The position numbers and the translations under genes are program-made. This document shows, piece by piece, positions 18,506 through 28,896 of a stretch of DNA of 64,000 nucleotides. Location of the stretch: the IMG/VR virus record IMGVR_UViG_3300046710_000261, positions 91,949-155,948 of that record; one strand, 5' to 3'. The notes under the pieces are model-generated. The model had not been told where the DNA came from. It saw only the letters and a list, made by a program, of their open reading frames with translations, and made no database searches. This DNA comes from a virus. Lineage: Duplodnaviria; Caudoviricetes. The number at the start of each line of letters is the position of its first letter. Position 1 is the stretch's first letter.

Positions 18506-19528
18506 ATGAGATTATATAAGAATATAAATGAAGCTAAAAATTATAATAACTGGATGTTTCCTTCTCACGAAACAATGGTGGCGGATTATGAAGAATATAA
18601 GAAAAAGGAACAGACCAAGTGGAAATCTAGGGTTGATCGCATTGGTTCACGATTTCCGATATTCAAAGATTTTGAACATTTTCAACAAGCGTTGAAAAAT
18701 GCCAAAGTAATAATATTGACAAAAAATATTGATGATAGAATAATGAATAGAAGCCATTCATTTAGCATAGAAAATTTAAAAGGTTTGGTTTCTTCATATA
18801 TTCGCCCGCGCGATGTTGATAGAATAGTTAGCGGTTTCGAGGACAATGATAAAATTCCTTATCCTATTGTATTGAAAGGCAGCAAAGGAATGTGGATAAT
18901 GGCAGGTAATACAAGACTTGATACATCATTCATTATGGAAATAACACCGAAAGTATTGATGGTTGATGTTTCTGATAAGGTAATGGAAGAACAAATACCT
19001 ATAACTGCTGATAGAATTATTTATATACTTAAAAAGGATTGTAAGCCCTTTATAAAAGAACTTGGTGGTCGTGGATTGTATTATAGATTTAGGCGGTTTC
19101 CTATGGTAGATAATATTCTGAAAATGGATGTAAGAAAAGATCGACAACCAAAAGATATGTCACTTGATATGCAAAGAATATTTGACCATATGTTTTTTAA
19201 AAAATTTGGATGGAAACCACGATCAGAGGGTGTATTTGCTTTGCCTCAATCTGAAATACTGGATGATGCGACATATAATTATGGCAAACAATTTATATTT
19301 TTTCCTATTGGAATATATAAGTATATTTGGTCTTCAAGAATAATTGATTTATATGGTTCTATTCCTGCTTTACGTGGCAAGGATAAAAACGAAGAGGCCA
19401 AAAGATTGGTTAGCAGTTATATAGACAATAGTCTTCCTATGGATACACCACATGAAGTTACATTTTTGTGTGAATATTATTACTTGGTAAACATGAAATA
19501 TGATAAAGCTATCAGGAATGCTATATGA
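18506..19528 (+). CDS. ParB/Srx-like N-terminal domain fused to ART-like subfamily A domain
   Basis: PYPIVL...IMAGNTRL, then LYYR...KFGWKPRSEGVF...HEVTFLC. Confidence 0.55.
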   Translation: MRLYKNINEAKNYNNWMFPSHETMVADYEEYKKKEQTKWKSRVDRIGSRFPIFKDFEHFQQALKNAKVIILTKNIDDRIMNRSHSFSIENLKGLVSSYIRPRDVDRIVSGFEDNDKIPYPIVLKGSKGMWIMAGNTRLDTSFIMEITPKVLMVDVSDKVMEEQIPITADRIIYILKKDCKPFIKELGGRGLYYRFRRFPMVDNILKMDVRKDRQPKDMSLDMQRIFDHMFFKKFGWKPRSEGVFALPQSEILDDATYNYGKQFIFFPIGIYKYIWSSRIIDLYGSIPALRGKDKNEEAKRLVSSYIDNSLPMDTPHEVTFLCEYYYLVNMKYDKAIRNAI

Positions 19529-20430
19529 GATTGAATACTATTTTGAAAGAAGAAGAAGATAGAAATACCAGGTGGGAAGAACTGAAAGTCTTCATTCAGA
19601 AGCATTGTGTCAAATTCATGATAGAATGCGCCGAAAAGAATATTATCTTGTGGAGAGGTTCTAATAAATTTCCTATTGATCCCTATAACATATGGGATGT
19701 ATATCCATCTCGTATTTCTAGTGGAAGAGCACCGATGAGTACAAGTAAATTTCTTCATGATCTGGCAAATAAAACATTCATTGAGAAATTTGGTTGGCCT
19801 GTTCGAGACGGGATTTTTACCACCAAAGATTTTAGTGTAGCAGATAGTTATGGGAGAGCATTTATTTTTATTCCTGTGGATAGTTATCAGTATGCGTGGT
19901 CTCCTAAAATTTCAGATTTTTATATGTATGTAACATCACAAACTACTAAATTAACATATTTTGATATTGGCGGTGGTGATCCTGATGCTATGATGTATCG
20001 TTTATGGATAGAAAAATATGGGCCAAAAACAATTCATGATAATGGTGGTGAATGGTTTGATGTTGTTAAAAATGAAATTATCAAAATGGATAGTTATGAA
20101 AAGAAAAGTAAAGTCTTTTTATCTAACCATAAAGTAGGAGATGAAATAGTTCTTGGTGTCTATCATAAACGAGCAGAAAGAATAAATGTTTTTTGGAAGC
20201 CAACAGTTGATTTTAACCAATTTAAGAAAGAAGAATGGCTTCAACTGGAAGGAGAAATGCGAAGTATTGTTAATACATATACAGGTAAAGTTTTAGTTGC
20301 GGCGAACGAAAAACATGAAATTCTTTTCAATTGTGATAAATATATTATGATATGGGTGCCGAGAGTTGAGTCAACTGAAAAGGAAAAGATACTTTCTGAA
20401 TATTTTAAAATATTGAGGGAATACAAATGA
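19525..20430 (+). CDS. ART-like paralog (subfamily A) with insertion, MRL leader
   Basis: LWRG...KFGWPVRDGIFTT...SYG..FIFIP...HEILFNC. Confidence 0.55.
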   Translation: MRLNTILKEEEDRNTRWEELKVFIQKHCVKFMIECAEKNIILWRGSNKFPIDPYNIWDVYPSRISSGRAPMSTSKFLHDLANKTFIEKFGWPVRDGIFTTKDFSVADSYGRAFIFIPVDSYQYAWSPKISDFYMYVTSQTTKLTYFDIGGGDPDAMMYRLWIEKYGPKTIHDNGGEWFDVVKNEIIKMDSYEKKSKVFLSNHKVGDEIVLGVYHKRAERINVFWKPTVDFNQFKKEEWLQLEGEMRSIVNTYTGKVLVAANEKHEILFNCDKYIMIWVPRVESTEKEKILSEYFKILREYK

Positions 20431-20750
20431 TAGATATACTTGAGAAAATAAAATTTATTTTGGAACAGAACGCAGTAACTTCATATGGCAGACAGGCTCA
20501 ACAGCAGAAAACCGCCACATCAAGTGCATATAAATCATCTGTCACGGCTCAGAGGTCTGCTGCCGCTTCAAGAGTAAGAACACAAAAGGCTCGACAAGCA
20601 ACTCCAAAGAAAAGCACTCAAGGCCCATCTAGTAATAAAGAATGGTGGAATAAAATCAAAAGTCAGAGACAACGACATTCAGACGTTATAAATAAAAGAA
20701 AATCGGCCAATACAAGTGGCTATCAATCGAGATTAGCAAGGACAAAATAA
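20427..20750 (+). CDS. Small basic low-complexity protein
   Basis: MIDILEKIKFILEQ leader, then R/K/S/Q-rich. Confidence 0.55.
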   Translation: MIDILEKIKFILEQNAVTSYGRQAQQQKTATSSAYKSSVTAQRSAAASRVRTQKARQATPKKSTQGPSSNKEWWNKIKSQRQRHSDVINKRKSANTSGYQSRLARTK

Positions 20751-20959
20751 TGGAAAAAGTAAACATCAATGTGGGAACGTTGCCTAATGTAGTTTGTGAT
20801 TGCGGTAATGAATTTTTCGAAAACCTATTTATCGTGAAAAAACTTTCTGCTTTACAAAGCCCAACAGGCAAAGAAGAAGCTATGCCAATTCCTCTTATGA
20901 TTTGTAGTAAATGTGGAAAGAGTTTGGAAGAAATTCTAACAAAACCTACATTACAATGA
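20750..20959 (+). CDS. Small zinc-ribbon protein
   Basis: CDCGN...SPTGKE...CSKCG. Confidence 0.7.
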   Translation: MEKVNINVGTLPNVVCDCGNEFFENLFIVKKLSALQSPTGKEEAMPIPLMICSKCGKSLEEILTKPTLQ

Positions 20960-21558
20960 GACTTGAACAATACATAACAGAAAAAAGATCACCAGTTGAT
21001 ATTCCGGGCTATGATATGGAAAAGAATGCATCTATTATTAAGACGGATTGCCAGCCCTTTTTCAAGGAAAATACTTCTGGTAGATTTCTCTATCGCGGTA
21101 CAAATAAAAGTATAGGTGAAATAGAGAAAATAATTCCAAGAAAAGAAAGAAAACCTTCTGATATGCCACGATTTTTGCACAATGAATTGAATATAGTATT
21201 CGCAAAAAAGTTTGGATGGCCAGTAAGAAATGGCGTATTTGCTACTTCAGATGATCGCGAGGCTGAAGAATATGGTGATCTATACTTATTTTTCCCAATA
21301 GGTAATTACAAATATGTTTGGTCTCCGAAAATACCTGATCTTTGGAAGTTGTTTGATAAAAATACCGGTATTTTCAAAGATTTGATGCATATGACGAGTA
21401 TCAAACCAAGCGAGGAAAAATATTTGGAAAAATCTGTTGATACATATATAGATAAAGATTTATCAAAAGCAATGAAAACAAATAAATCCCATGAGATTTC
21501 TTTTTTGTGTGAAGCATATTATATGATAGACCCTCTATACGAAGAATATCTATTATAA
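20956..21558 (+). CDS. ART-like paralog (subfamily A), MRL leader
   Basis: FLYRG...KFGWPVRNGVFATS...YG.LYLFFP...SHEISFLC. Confidence 0.55.
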   Translation: MRLEQYITEKRSPVDIPGYDMEKNASIIKTDCQPFFKENTSGRFLYRGTNKSIGEIEKIIPRKERKPSDMPRFLHNELNIVFAKKFGWPVRNGVFATSDDREAEEYGDLYLFFPIGNYKYVWSPKIPDLWKLFDKNTGIFKDLMHMTSIKPSEEKYLEKSVDTYIDKDLSKAMKTNKSHEISFLCEAYYMIDPLYEEYLL

Positions 21559-22998
21559 ATCTGGAACAATCCCATCAATGGCATCGCCTTCCTCCAATAC
21601 ATGCTCGATGATATTGAAACCCTCAGAACCATAATATCGAGACCTCTTCACACCAAATTCCAATAAATATTTGATTTCATCCACTATATCGAATACAACA
21701 GAACCTTTTGATTTATCGGTATGAAGTCTCAGTGACCTGCCGATGGATTGTAATACTCTTATTTTGCTTTTGAATGGGGATGTCAGAACGATATATTTGA
21801 GGGATGGGATGTTTATGCCCATCTGGAATGTTCCATAGGTTGCTATGAGAATTATGTTCTTTCTTTTTTCGCATTCCTTTCTCCATTTTTCTCTCTCTTC
21901 AACATCTACTCCACCATGGATGAATACGATTTCTCGCAACCATAAATTATTACATCCTTTGAAATAATCAAATAATAACTGTCCTTCTTTTTCTATTTTT
22001 CCAACAAGCAGAAGAATGTTATGGTCAACGGCTGATACTATATAATGGAGCAACATCATTCTATATTTGTTTCTGAAAATCTTGTCCTTTATATCGTTAT
22101 ATTCTCCATCATATTCTTGCTGATATTTCAGGTTGATTGAGACAACATTACATTTGCTTATATAACCTTTTTCTGCCAATTCATTTGCTGTATATTCTCT
22201 CCATACAGGGCCGATGAACGCCTTGACATTCCATAAATCCATTTTTGATGAGGGGAGGGTTCCAGTAAGACCATATCGGTATTCTGCGCTTGTGCATTTT
22301 TCCATGATCTTTTTTATTTCATGTGCTTTTGCCTGATGGACCTCATCACAGATAACACAATCATATAATTTCAATGCGGTATGGTTGTCTTTCAATGTTT
22401 GCCAAGTTGATATAACAATCGGTTTGTCAAACTCTTTTGCCTTTTCCCAAACTTGTCCTATATCATCTTTTGGTATGCCATATTCAATCATATCATTTTT
22501 GAATTGTTCGACAAGGGAAATTGTAGGAACAATAATCAACGAATGTTTTACTGGAAGATTTTTTATGATATAAGCTATGACCAAACTCTTCCCGCTTGCC
22601 GTTGCTGCCCTGAAAATTCCTTTGGAATACTTCAAAGCGATTTCTATCATCTCTTGCTGGTAATCTCTTGGGGGCAATTTCAAATCATATTTTATTTCGC
22701 CCACTGATGGATTTTTGAACATATCCATTACATCTTTTTCTACTTTCATTTCCAGCATCGGATATTCGTCTTTTTTGAAACGGATGAGATCTATGAATAA
22801 GCCATAAGGAAGGGTATTTCGGTATGCATTATACATGCTTATCTTCCCAGACCAATAGCCCGATTTGAATTTCGGGTTGAATTGATAGTTTTCTACATAG
22901 TCTGAAAAGTGATTTTTTACTGCATCAAGAAAACCTTTCTCTTCGAAGTCTGCATCCAATGTTATAAATAACTTTCCGTACTTCTCTACTCTTATCAT
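21553..22998 (-). CDS. uvsW: SF2 DNA helicase, UvsW-like
   Basis: PRDYQ, ATASGKS, DEVH, GLTGT, QSIGRSLR. Confidence 0.92.
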   Translation of the reverse strand: MIRVEKYGKLFITLDADFEEKGFLDAVKNHFSDYVENYQFNPKFKSGYWSGKISMYNAYRNTLPYGLFIDLIRFKKDEYPMLEMKVEKDVMDMFKNPSVGEIKYDLKLPPRDYQQEMIEIALKYSKGIFRAATASGKSLVIAYIIKNLPVKHSLIIVPTISLVEQFKNDMIEYGIPKDDIGQVWEKAKEFDKPIVISTWQTLKDNHTALKLYDCVICDEVHQAKAHEIKKIMEKCTSAEYRYGLTGTLPSSKMDLWNVKAFIGPVWREYTANELAEKGYISKCNVVSINLKYQQEYDGEYNDIKDKIFRNKYRMMLLHYIVSAVDHNILLLVGKIEKEGQLLFDYFKGCNNLWLREIVFIHGGVDVEEREKWRKECEKRKNIILIATYGTFQMGINIPSLKYIVLTSPFKSKIRVLQSIGRSLRLHTDKSKGSVVFDIVDEIKYLLEFGVKRSRYYGSEGFNIIEHVLEEGDAIDGIVPDL

Positions 22999-23427
22999 TT
23001 ACATACCGATTTTGGTTGTCTCAATGAAGGACTTCATTGACCAGGACATTTTTTCAAGAGAGGATGCGCAAAGTTCGAAGAAATCTACTCTCTGTTGTTG
23101 TCTTCGTATCAATTTATTCAACTGAATAATTTTGGGATCTTTGGGAAGGTAGTATGTTGTAATTTCTGATGGTTTCAAATCTTTATCGCCTTCAAACCGA
23201 TAATGGTCATATAAATCACAGATTGTTTTTTCTTTCAGCGCATTCAATTTGTCAAGTTGTATTCTTTCTTTCATGTAAAGCTCTTTATATTTGACCACTT
23301 CAAATGTATTGGTTTGTAATTTTTCCAATATGCTGAACTCTGTAAATTGTACCATCGTTTCTATTGGATGTTGTTGTATCAGTTCCTGCAATAATTCTTC
23401 TTCAGTTTTTTCTGGTTCTTCGGCCAT
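22999..23427 (-). CDS. uvsY: Recombination mediator UvsY-like
   Basis: Helical ~140 aa protein next to uvsW; C-terminal FFELC...SWSMKSFIE pattern. Confidence 0.7.
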   Translation of the reverse strand: MAEEPEKTEEELLQELIQQHPIETMVQFTEFSILEKLQTNTFEVVKYKELYMKERIQLDKLNALKEKTICDLYDHYRFEGDKDLKPSEITTYYLPKDPKIIQLNKLIRRQQQRVDFFELCASSLEKMSWSMKSFIETTKIGM

Positions 23428-23723
23428 AATTTCTCCTGTAATATCTCTATTTATTATAGCATAAATGAGCAGGAAAGTAATCATTTTCTTTTTTTGTTTC
23501 AAAGAGTTATTGTAAAATAAGGAAAATTCAATGGGTTTACTTTTGGCCTATTTTCTGTTATAATAGATATATGAGAAAAATTATTTATAGATGCGATGAA
23601 AGAGATCCTGATGATGAAGAAGATATAAATGAAGTCTGCGTGTTCTGTATTATGGAATGTAAAAAATCCAGTTCGGAGATTGTGTCATGTTCTCCGACCT
23701 ATGAACCATATTGGTGGTAAAAC

Positions 23724-25091
23724 ATGGATAGTGTAAATTTGGAACGCCTGATAATAAAGACGGCATTGGAAGACAAGCCTTTCTTGGTGACTATAAGTTC
23801 TGTGTTTCAAGATAATTACTTTGAAGATTTGACTATCAGAAGTGTTTTTACATTACTGAAAGGCCATGTTCAAAAGTATGATAACATAATGCCAAGGTCT
23901 GGTGTTATTTCTGAAATAGGAACGGATGAAGTAAAAAATCTATTCAAAGAAATAGATGCTCTGGATTTCAATGTTACAAAAAACTACGAATGGGTATTTG
24001 ACGAAACGAACAAATATCTGAAGGAAAGAGCAATCAAGTGTGCTATATTGGATTCAGTTGAGTTGATTGAGAAGAAGGAAGCATATGCGCAGATTTCTTC
24101 TTTGATTGAAGATGCTCTTATCAGAGATTTACGGATTGATTTGGGCATCAATTATTTTGATACATTGAATGAACGCATCAGAAGGATTTTGGAAAACAGT
24201 ACCATTCGAGTTCCGACATACTATCCAGAATTTGATGAATATATAAATGGTGGCTTTCCTCCATATACATTGTCTGTTTTTGTTTCCAGGATTCATGGTT
24301 GGAAGTCGGCAACACTGGCAAACTTCACGGCTCGACAAGTTATGCATGGTCATAATGTTTTGTTATTGACTATGGAAATGGCGGAAGATGCCTTTGCCCA
24401 AAGGTTTGATGCTATCTTTACAAAACTTGATATAAACAAAATGTATAATGTAAAGACAGAAACCTTGAAGATGATACAGGGGTTGAAGGCAGTAAAAGAA
24501 ACTCCAGGCAGGGGCCAGTTATGGATAAAACAATTTCCTACTGGGGAAGCAACAGTTCTCGATTTCAAGCGATATGTCAGAGAATTGAAAATGAGGGGCG
24601 TCATTCCCTCTATCATTCTTGTTGATTATATAAACTTGATGAAGTCAGCGGAAGATGTTGGAACAGAATTATATTCCAAAGTCAAAAAAATATCTGAAGA
24701 ATTGAGAGCATTGTCTTTTGTTTTTGATTGTCCTGTTATTACGGTCTCACAGTTGAATAGGCCAGGATCGGTTGTTGCATTCGATGAATTGGATTTCGTA
24801 TATATCTGTGAGTCGATGGGTCTTCCTGCTACCGCAGACTTCATGATGATATATGGTGAAGATGAGGACAAAATGGTTTATGAAAGCGAGTTGAATTATA
24901 TCATCATAAAAAATAGATTGGGTGGTCGTGTAAGGGAGCAGAACAAATTTTACTATGATTCTCGTTCATTGAAGATGTATGACCAATCGGAATTGGATTT
25001 GTGGATGGAAGAAGCAAAGATTTCTGGTGATGATAGAAAACTTGCCGAGCAGAAGGAAGAGAAAAGGGTTCCAGGAAGGAGTAAGAGATGA
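23724..25091 (+). CDS. gp41: Replicative DnaB-like helicase (T4 gp41)
   Basis: TMEMAE, IKQFPTG, VDYINLM, SEELRAL, SQLNR, KNR. Confidence 0.92.
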   Translation: MDSVNLERLIIKTALEDKPFLVTISSVFQDNYFEDLTIRSVFTLLKGHVQKYDNIMPRSGVISEIGTDEVKNLFKEIDALDFNVTKNYEWVFDETNKYLKERAIKCAILDSVELIEKKEAYAQISSLIEDALIRDLRIDLGINYFDTLNERIRRILENSTIRVPTYYPEFDEYINGGFPPYTLSVFVSRIHGWKSATLANFTARQVMHGHNVLLLTMEMAEDAFAQRFDAIFTKLDINKMYNVKTETLKMIQGLKAVKETPGRGQLWIKQFPTGEATVLDFKRYVRELKMRGVIPSIILVDYINLMKSAEDVGTELYSKVKKISEELRALSFVFDCPVITVSQLNRPGSVVAFDELDFVYICESMGLPATADFMMIYGEDEDKMVYESELNYIIIKNRLGGRVREQNKFYYDSRSLKMYDQSELDLWMEEAKISGDDRKLAEQKEEKRVPGRSKR

Positions 25092-25912
25092 TTTGTCCTA
25101 CATGTATGATAAAATGTTTTATGATTTGTCCATCTTGTTTTGAGGGAGTATTTTCCAAGTGGCATGAAACTGAAGATGCAAAAAAATTTGGAGCGGAGAT
25201 GAAAAAAGAGCGGAAAGAAAAAGAGGACAAAAAATGAAAATTGGTGATAGAGTAGAAATATTGAGACAAGATATTTTTGCTTTGAACCATCGCAAAATTC
25301 GTACTGGAAGAATAAGAAGTATTGATGGTGCTTATATTCTGGTACGCCCTTCTTGGTGTTGGTGGATAACTGAGGTGTATCCAAACGAGATAAAAGTATT
25401 AGGTAAATGGAAGGGCAAGGCTCGAATAAAAAGAAGAGGAAGAAAATGACAGAAACCAGAAAACTTGATTTGATAAAAAATACAATGGTAGCATGGAAAG
25501 AAGGTGGATTATCTGATAAAACAGTCTGTAAAATAATCCATGATATTCTTTTTACAAAATCAATAGCCGAGGAAGAAAAAATTCAAGGAAGAAAAAATGA
25601 CAAAACTTAATCGAATAAAAGAAGCAATAAAAGATTGGGGAGATGGAAAACTTTCATCAGGCGGTTGTTGTTTTGCAATAAATGATATTCTTTATTGGAA
25701 ACCACCAACAAGAGAAGAAAAGAAACAGATGATAGAGTGGGGAGAAAAAGAAATGAAGGAATTAAGGAAAAAAGGAGTGATAAAATAATGTCAAGTCCAG
25801 TTATGATAAAATGTTGGAAATGTGGCCAATTTTTTTATTTCATTCACGATGTAAGAACCAAATGCCCGAATTGTGGCGAAGAGTATAAATCTTTCAGAGA
25901 TTGAGGAGTTTT

Positions 25913-26494
25913 ATGAAAACAATTATAAGTTGCCATCTTGACAGCGTGTTTACTTCTCCAATGGCAGATGTAAAGAACGGAATACATACAGGATGCTGTG
26001 ATAATCTCAGCGGTGTATTGGCAGTTGCACAACTTATACAGAATGATGATATTTGTATTGAATTTACGAACGGGGAAGAGACAAATTTGGAAGGTGCGAA
26101 ATGGGTTGCCAATCATTATTCTGCGAGTGAATGGTTTATCATTGTGGTTGATACTACTGATAGGTCAACTCATTGGAAAAATATACAGTTCACGGTAGAA
26201 AATCCAGGTCATGTTGATATAAAACATATCAAGAGGGCATTGAGACCTTTCTATGGAAAATATAAATTGAGGGAGTTTGGTGTCGAAAGCGAAGCATGGC
26301 TTTATAAGAGAGAAGGATTTTCCTGTGTAGAGATTGATGTCCCTGTTGCACTTGGATTGCACAATCTTCATAATAAAGCAAAAGTGTCAGACATTATAAT
26401 TTGTTCAGAGGCAATGAAAGTGATTGCTGATTATATGAAAGAGAAAACACGGGAACAAATTTTACCTGTTGAACATACAGAAGAAAGACGATAA
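25913..26494 (+). CDS. M28-like metallopeptidase
   Basis: SCHLDSV, GCCDNLSGV, FTNGEE. Confidence 0.7.
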   Translation: MKTIISCHLDSVFTSPMADVKNGIHTGCCDNLSGVLAVAQLIQNDDICIEFTNGEETNLEGAKWVANHYSASEWFIIVVDTTDRSTHWKNIQFTVENPGHVDIKHIKRALRPFYGKYKLREFGVESEAWLYKREGFSCVEIDVPVALGLHNLHNKAKVSDIIICSEAMKVIADYMKEKTREQILPVEHTEERR

Positions 26495-26495
26495 A

Positions 26496-26951
26496 ATGGA
26501 AGAAGATATTATCAGAGAATTTCAAGGCAAATACAGATGGTTGTCAAATTTCTGGTTTTTTGATGGGACAACGGTGGAACATTTATATCAAGCTGCGAAA
26601 GCAATCAATAAGAAAGATGAAGAATATATTCTTTCTTCTTCTAATCCTGGTGTTGCAAAACGTCGAGCGAAAATGATACACCTGCGCGAAGAGTGGGAAG
26701 ATATAAAAGTTGGTATTATGCACAATCTTCTTCAAAGAAAATTCAAAAATCCTATATTGAGAAAGAACCTTCTGGCAACAGGAAATAAAATTCTTCAAGA
26801 AGGGAACAGATGGTATGATACTTTTTGGGGTATAGATTTGAGAACTGGGCTGGGAGAAAATAACTTGGGTAAACTTATTATGCAAGTAAGAGATGAAATC
26901 CGTCAAGAAGGAATACCCAAAATTGATAAGGAATTATTTAAAATTGACTGA
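26496..26951 (+). CDS. NADAR (YbiA/RibX) family protein
   Basis: WLSNF, TVEHLYQAAK, LLATG, DTFWG, GENNLGKLIMQVR. Confidence 0.92.
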   Translation: MEEDIIREFQGKYRWLSNFWFFDGTTVEHLYQAAKAINKKDEEYILSSSNPGVAKRRAKMIHLREEWEDIKVGIMHNLLQRKFKNPILRKNLLATGNKILQEGNRWYDTFWGIDLRTGLGENNLGKLIMQVRDEIRQEGIPKIDKELFKID

Positions 26952-27513
26952 TAAACAAATCAGAATGCTCCAATTATTGGATGAACAAATTTTATCCTGC
27001 ACCAAGTGCGAACTTCATGTCAATGGTCATGCCAAGCCTTATTGGATTGAAGATGCTCGATATATCATTGTAGGAGAAGCACCAGGATTGACAGAAATTC
27101 AACAATGCACACCTTTTGTTGGCAAGGCAGGAGAAATTCTCTGGAATACCATGAAGAGATATTGTTTGTATAGAGAGGATTTTCTTATTATCAATTCTGT
27201 CAATTGTCGTCCTGTAGATGGAAATAAGAATGGTAAACCAACTCCAACTCAAATGAGGCTGTGCAAATCGTGGATAGATAAATACTTGTATGTTCTGCAA
27301 CCCACAAAAATTCTTTTATTGGGAAAATACGCGGTAGAAACTATGTGGTCTCCTGTAAGAAGTATTATTAGCATCAACAGTGACGTTGCCGTAAATAAAG
27401 TTTATGGAGCATGGATGATGTTTTCTGTTCACCCAGCCTTTTGTATCTATAATGAAAATCAAGGAAAAAAATTATTAGAGGAAAGCATAAGAAAGTTTAG
27501 TGAATTATTATGA
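26944..27513 (+). CDS. udg: Uracil-DNA glycosylase family 4
   Basis: CTKCEL, VGEAPG, PFVGKAG, NCRP, HPA. Confidence 0.92.
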   Translation: MTDKQIRMLQLLDEQILSCTKCELHVNGHAKPYWIEDARYIIVGEAPGLTEIQQCTPFVGKAGEILWNTMKRYCLYREDFLIINSVNCRPVDGNKNGKPTPTQMRLCKSWIDKYLYVLQPTKILLLGKYAVETMWSPVRSIISINSDVAVNKVYGAWMMFSVHPAFCIYNENQGKKLLEESIRKFSELL

Positions 27514-27929
27514 GCAAACAAACTAAATACGTTGATATTTTGGTTGACGGCAGAGGATATGTTGGTCTTATTGAAGAACAAAAAGCAATAGGTTATATTA
27601 TTGCTCCATGTATTTCAATAATAAAATATATGAGCGAAGATGCTATAATCAAATGGATTGAACAGGCTTGTGAGATGGTGAAGGAAACAAGCGAAGGAAA
27701 AGATGCTTCTGTTAATAGAAAAATTGGTTCAATAATAACACATTTAAAAGAAAGGGAATATACATTAGAAGAACTACAGCAAATAGCTGTAAACATTCAT
27801 CTGAATTGTTCTGATTTGGGGTTGCTCCCAGGATTTAAATATGGGAAGGTGGATGCTAAAGGTAGGATTGTATCGAAGAGAGATATAAATCCTGAGTATT
27901 TGTCAACATATAAACTAGAAAACAAATAG
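27510..27929 (+). CDS. Hypothetical protein
   Basis: ORF coupled to UDG. Confidence 0.55.
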   Translation: MSKQTKYVDILVDGRGYVGLIEEQKAIGYIIAPCISIIKYMSEDAIIKWIEQACEMVKETSEGKDASVNRKIGSIITHLKEREYTLEELQQIAVNIHLNCSDLGLLPGFKYGKVDAKGRIVSKRDINPEYLSTYKLENK

Positions 27930-28487
27930 GAGAACACAATGAGACAGTACCTAAGAGTGGAAACTTATATTGGTCGTGTCGCGGGTGTGGATGTTGATGT
28001 TGTTTATGAGGACGAAAAGAAAAAGATTATAAAAGATATGTTTGGTATAAAAGTTTTGGAAAATGTGGGAAAGTATTGGATAGTGGCGAATCAGCATAAG
28101 AATATTTCTGATATGCCCCAAGAGGAATTGAAAGCAGGAAAATTTTTATTATAGGAGGTGAAATAGTAACTTTGGCCATTGTAGCAGATAGTAAAACTTT
28201 TATTATGGAAGGAGAATTAAAATGCTAAATATGGAGAATAAAATTCAATTGGAAGAAAAGAAGAAACAACAAATCATTCCTGGTGATGTTTCAGAAAGTG
28301 TATATTTTCAGATGAAAGATGAAACAAAAAAACAGATATATGATTTACTCGATGATTCTTTGGTCATGGTTCAAGACTTATTAGGAGATATGCAAAGAAA
28401 AAGGAAAACGAAAGGCATCGAAAATATGTGGTTGGTTTCAGAAAATTTGGCCAAAGTAAAAACACTTGTTGATGATAGATTATAAGA

Positions 28488-28512
28488 AAAAGGGGAACTT
28501 CGTTCCCCTTTT
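28488..28512. terminator. Bidirectional terminator
   Basis: AAAAAGGGGAAC-TTC-GTTCCCCTTTTT between convergent genes. Confidence 0.7.
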
Positions 28513-28581
28513 TCTTTATTTTCTCTTACCTACCGAAAAGAGAATATATTATTTTCCATCTTATAATGCACCAAATATAGC

Positions 28582-28881
28582 TTACGATACTTTCAAGTTG
28601 GTAGGTGGCGCAGGTGCAATGAAATCGAAAGGGGTTGTTATCGTTGCTATGTCAGATTCATTTCCTGCATTATCGACAGCAGTTAATCCCAAAGTTACAT
28701 TTCCGTTTACGGATGGCATTCCTGCTACAGGAATTTGTATGGTTGTTACCTTTCCTAAATCCAAATATGTCGTGCTATAATCAATTACAGCAGGGGGTAC
28801 GGCCCATCTCAACCTGTATCCCACAACATCAGTATCAACGCTTGCGCCCCACGTCAATGTATATGTCCTTATTTTTGCCAT
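28582..28881 (-). CDS. Fibronectin type III-like small protein
   Basis: LTW...VVGYRL...TAVDNAGNES...PAPPTNL; GGAGG RBS. Confidence 0.75.
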   Translation of the reverse strand: MAKIRTYTLTWGASVDTDVVGYRLRWAVPPAVIDYSTTYLDLGKVTTIQIPVAGMPSVNGNVTLGLTAVDNAGNESDIATITTPFDFIAPAPPTNLKVS

Positions 28882-28896
28882 TACTTCTTCACCTCC

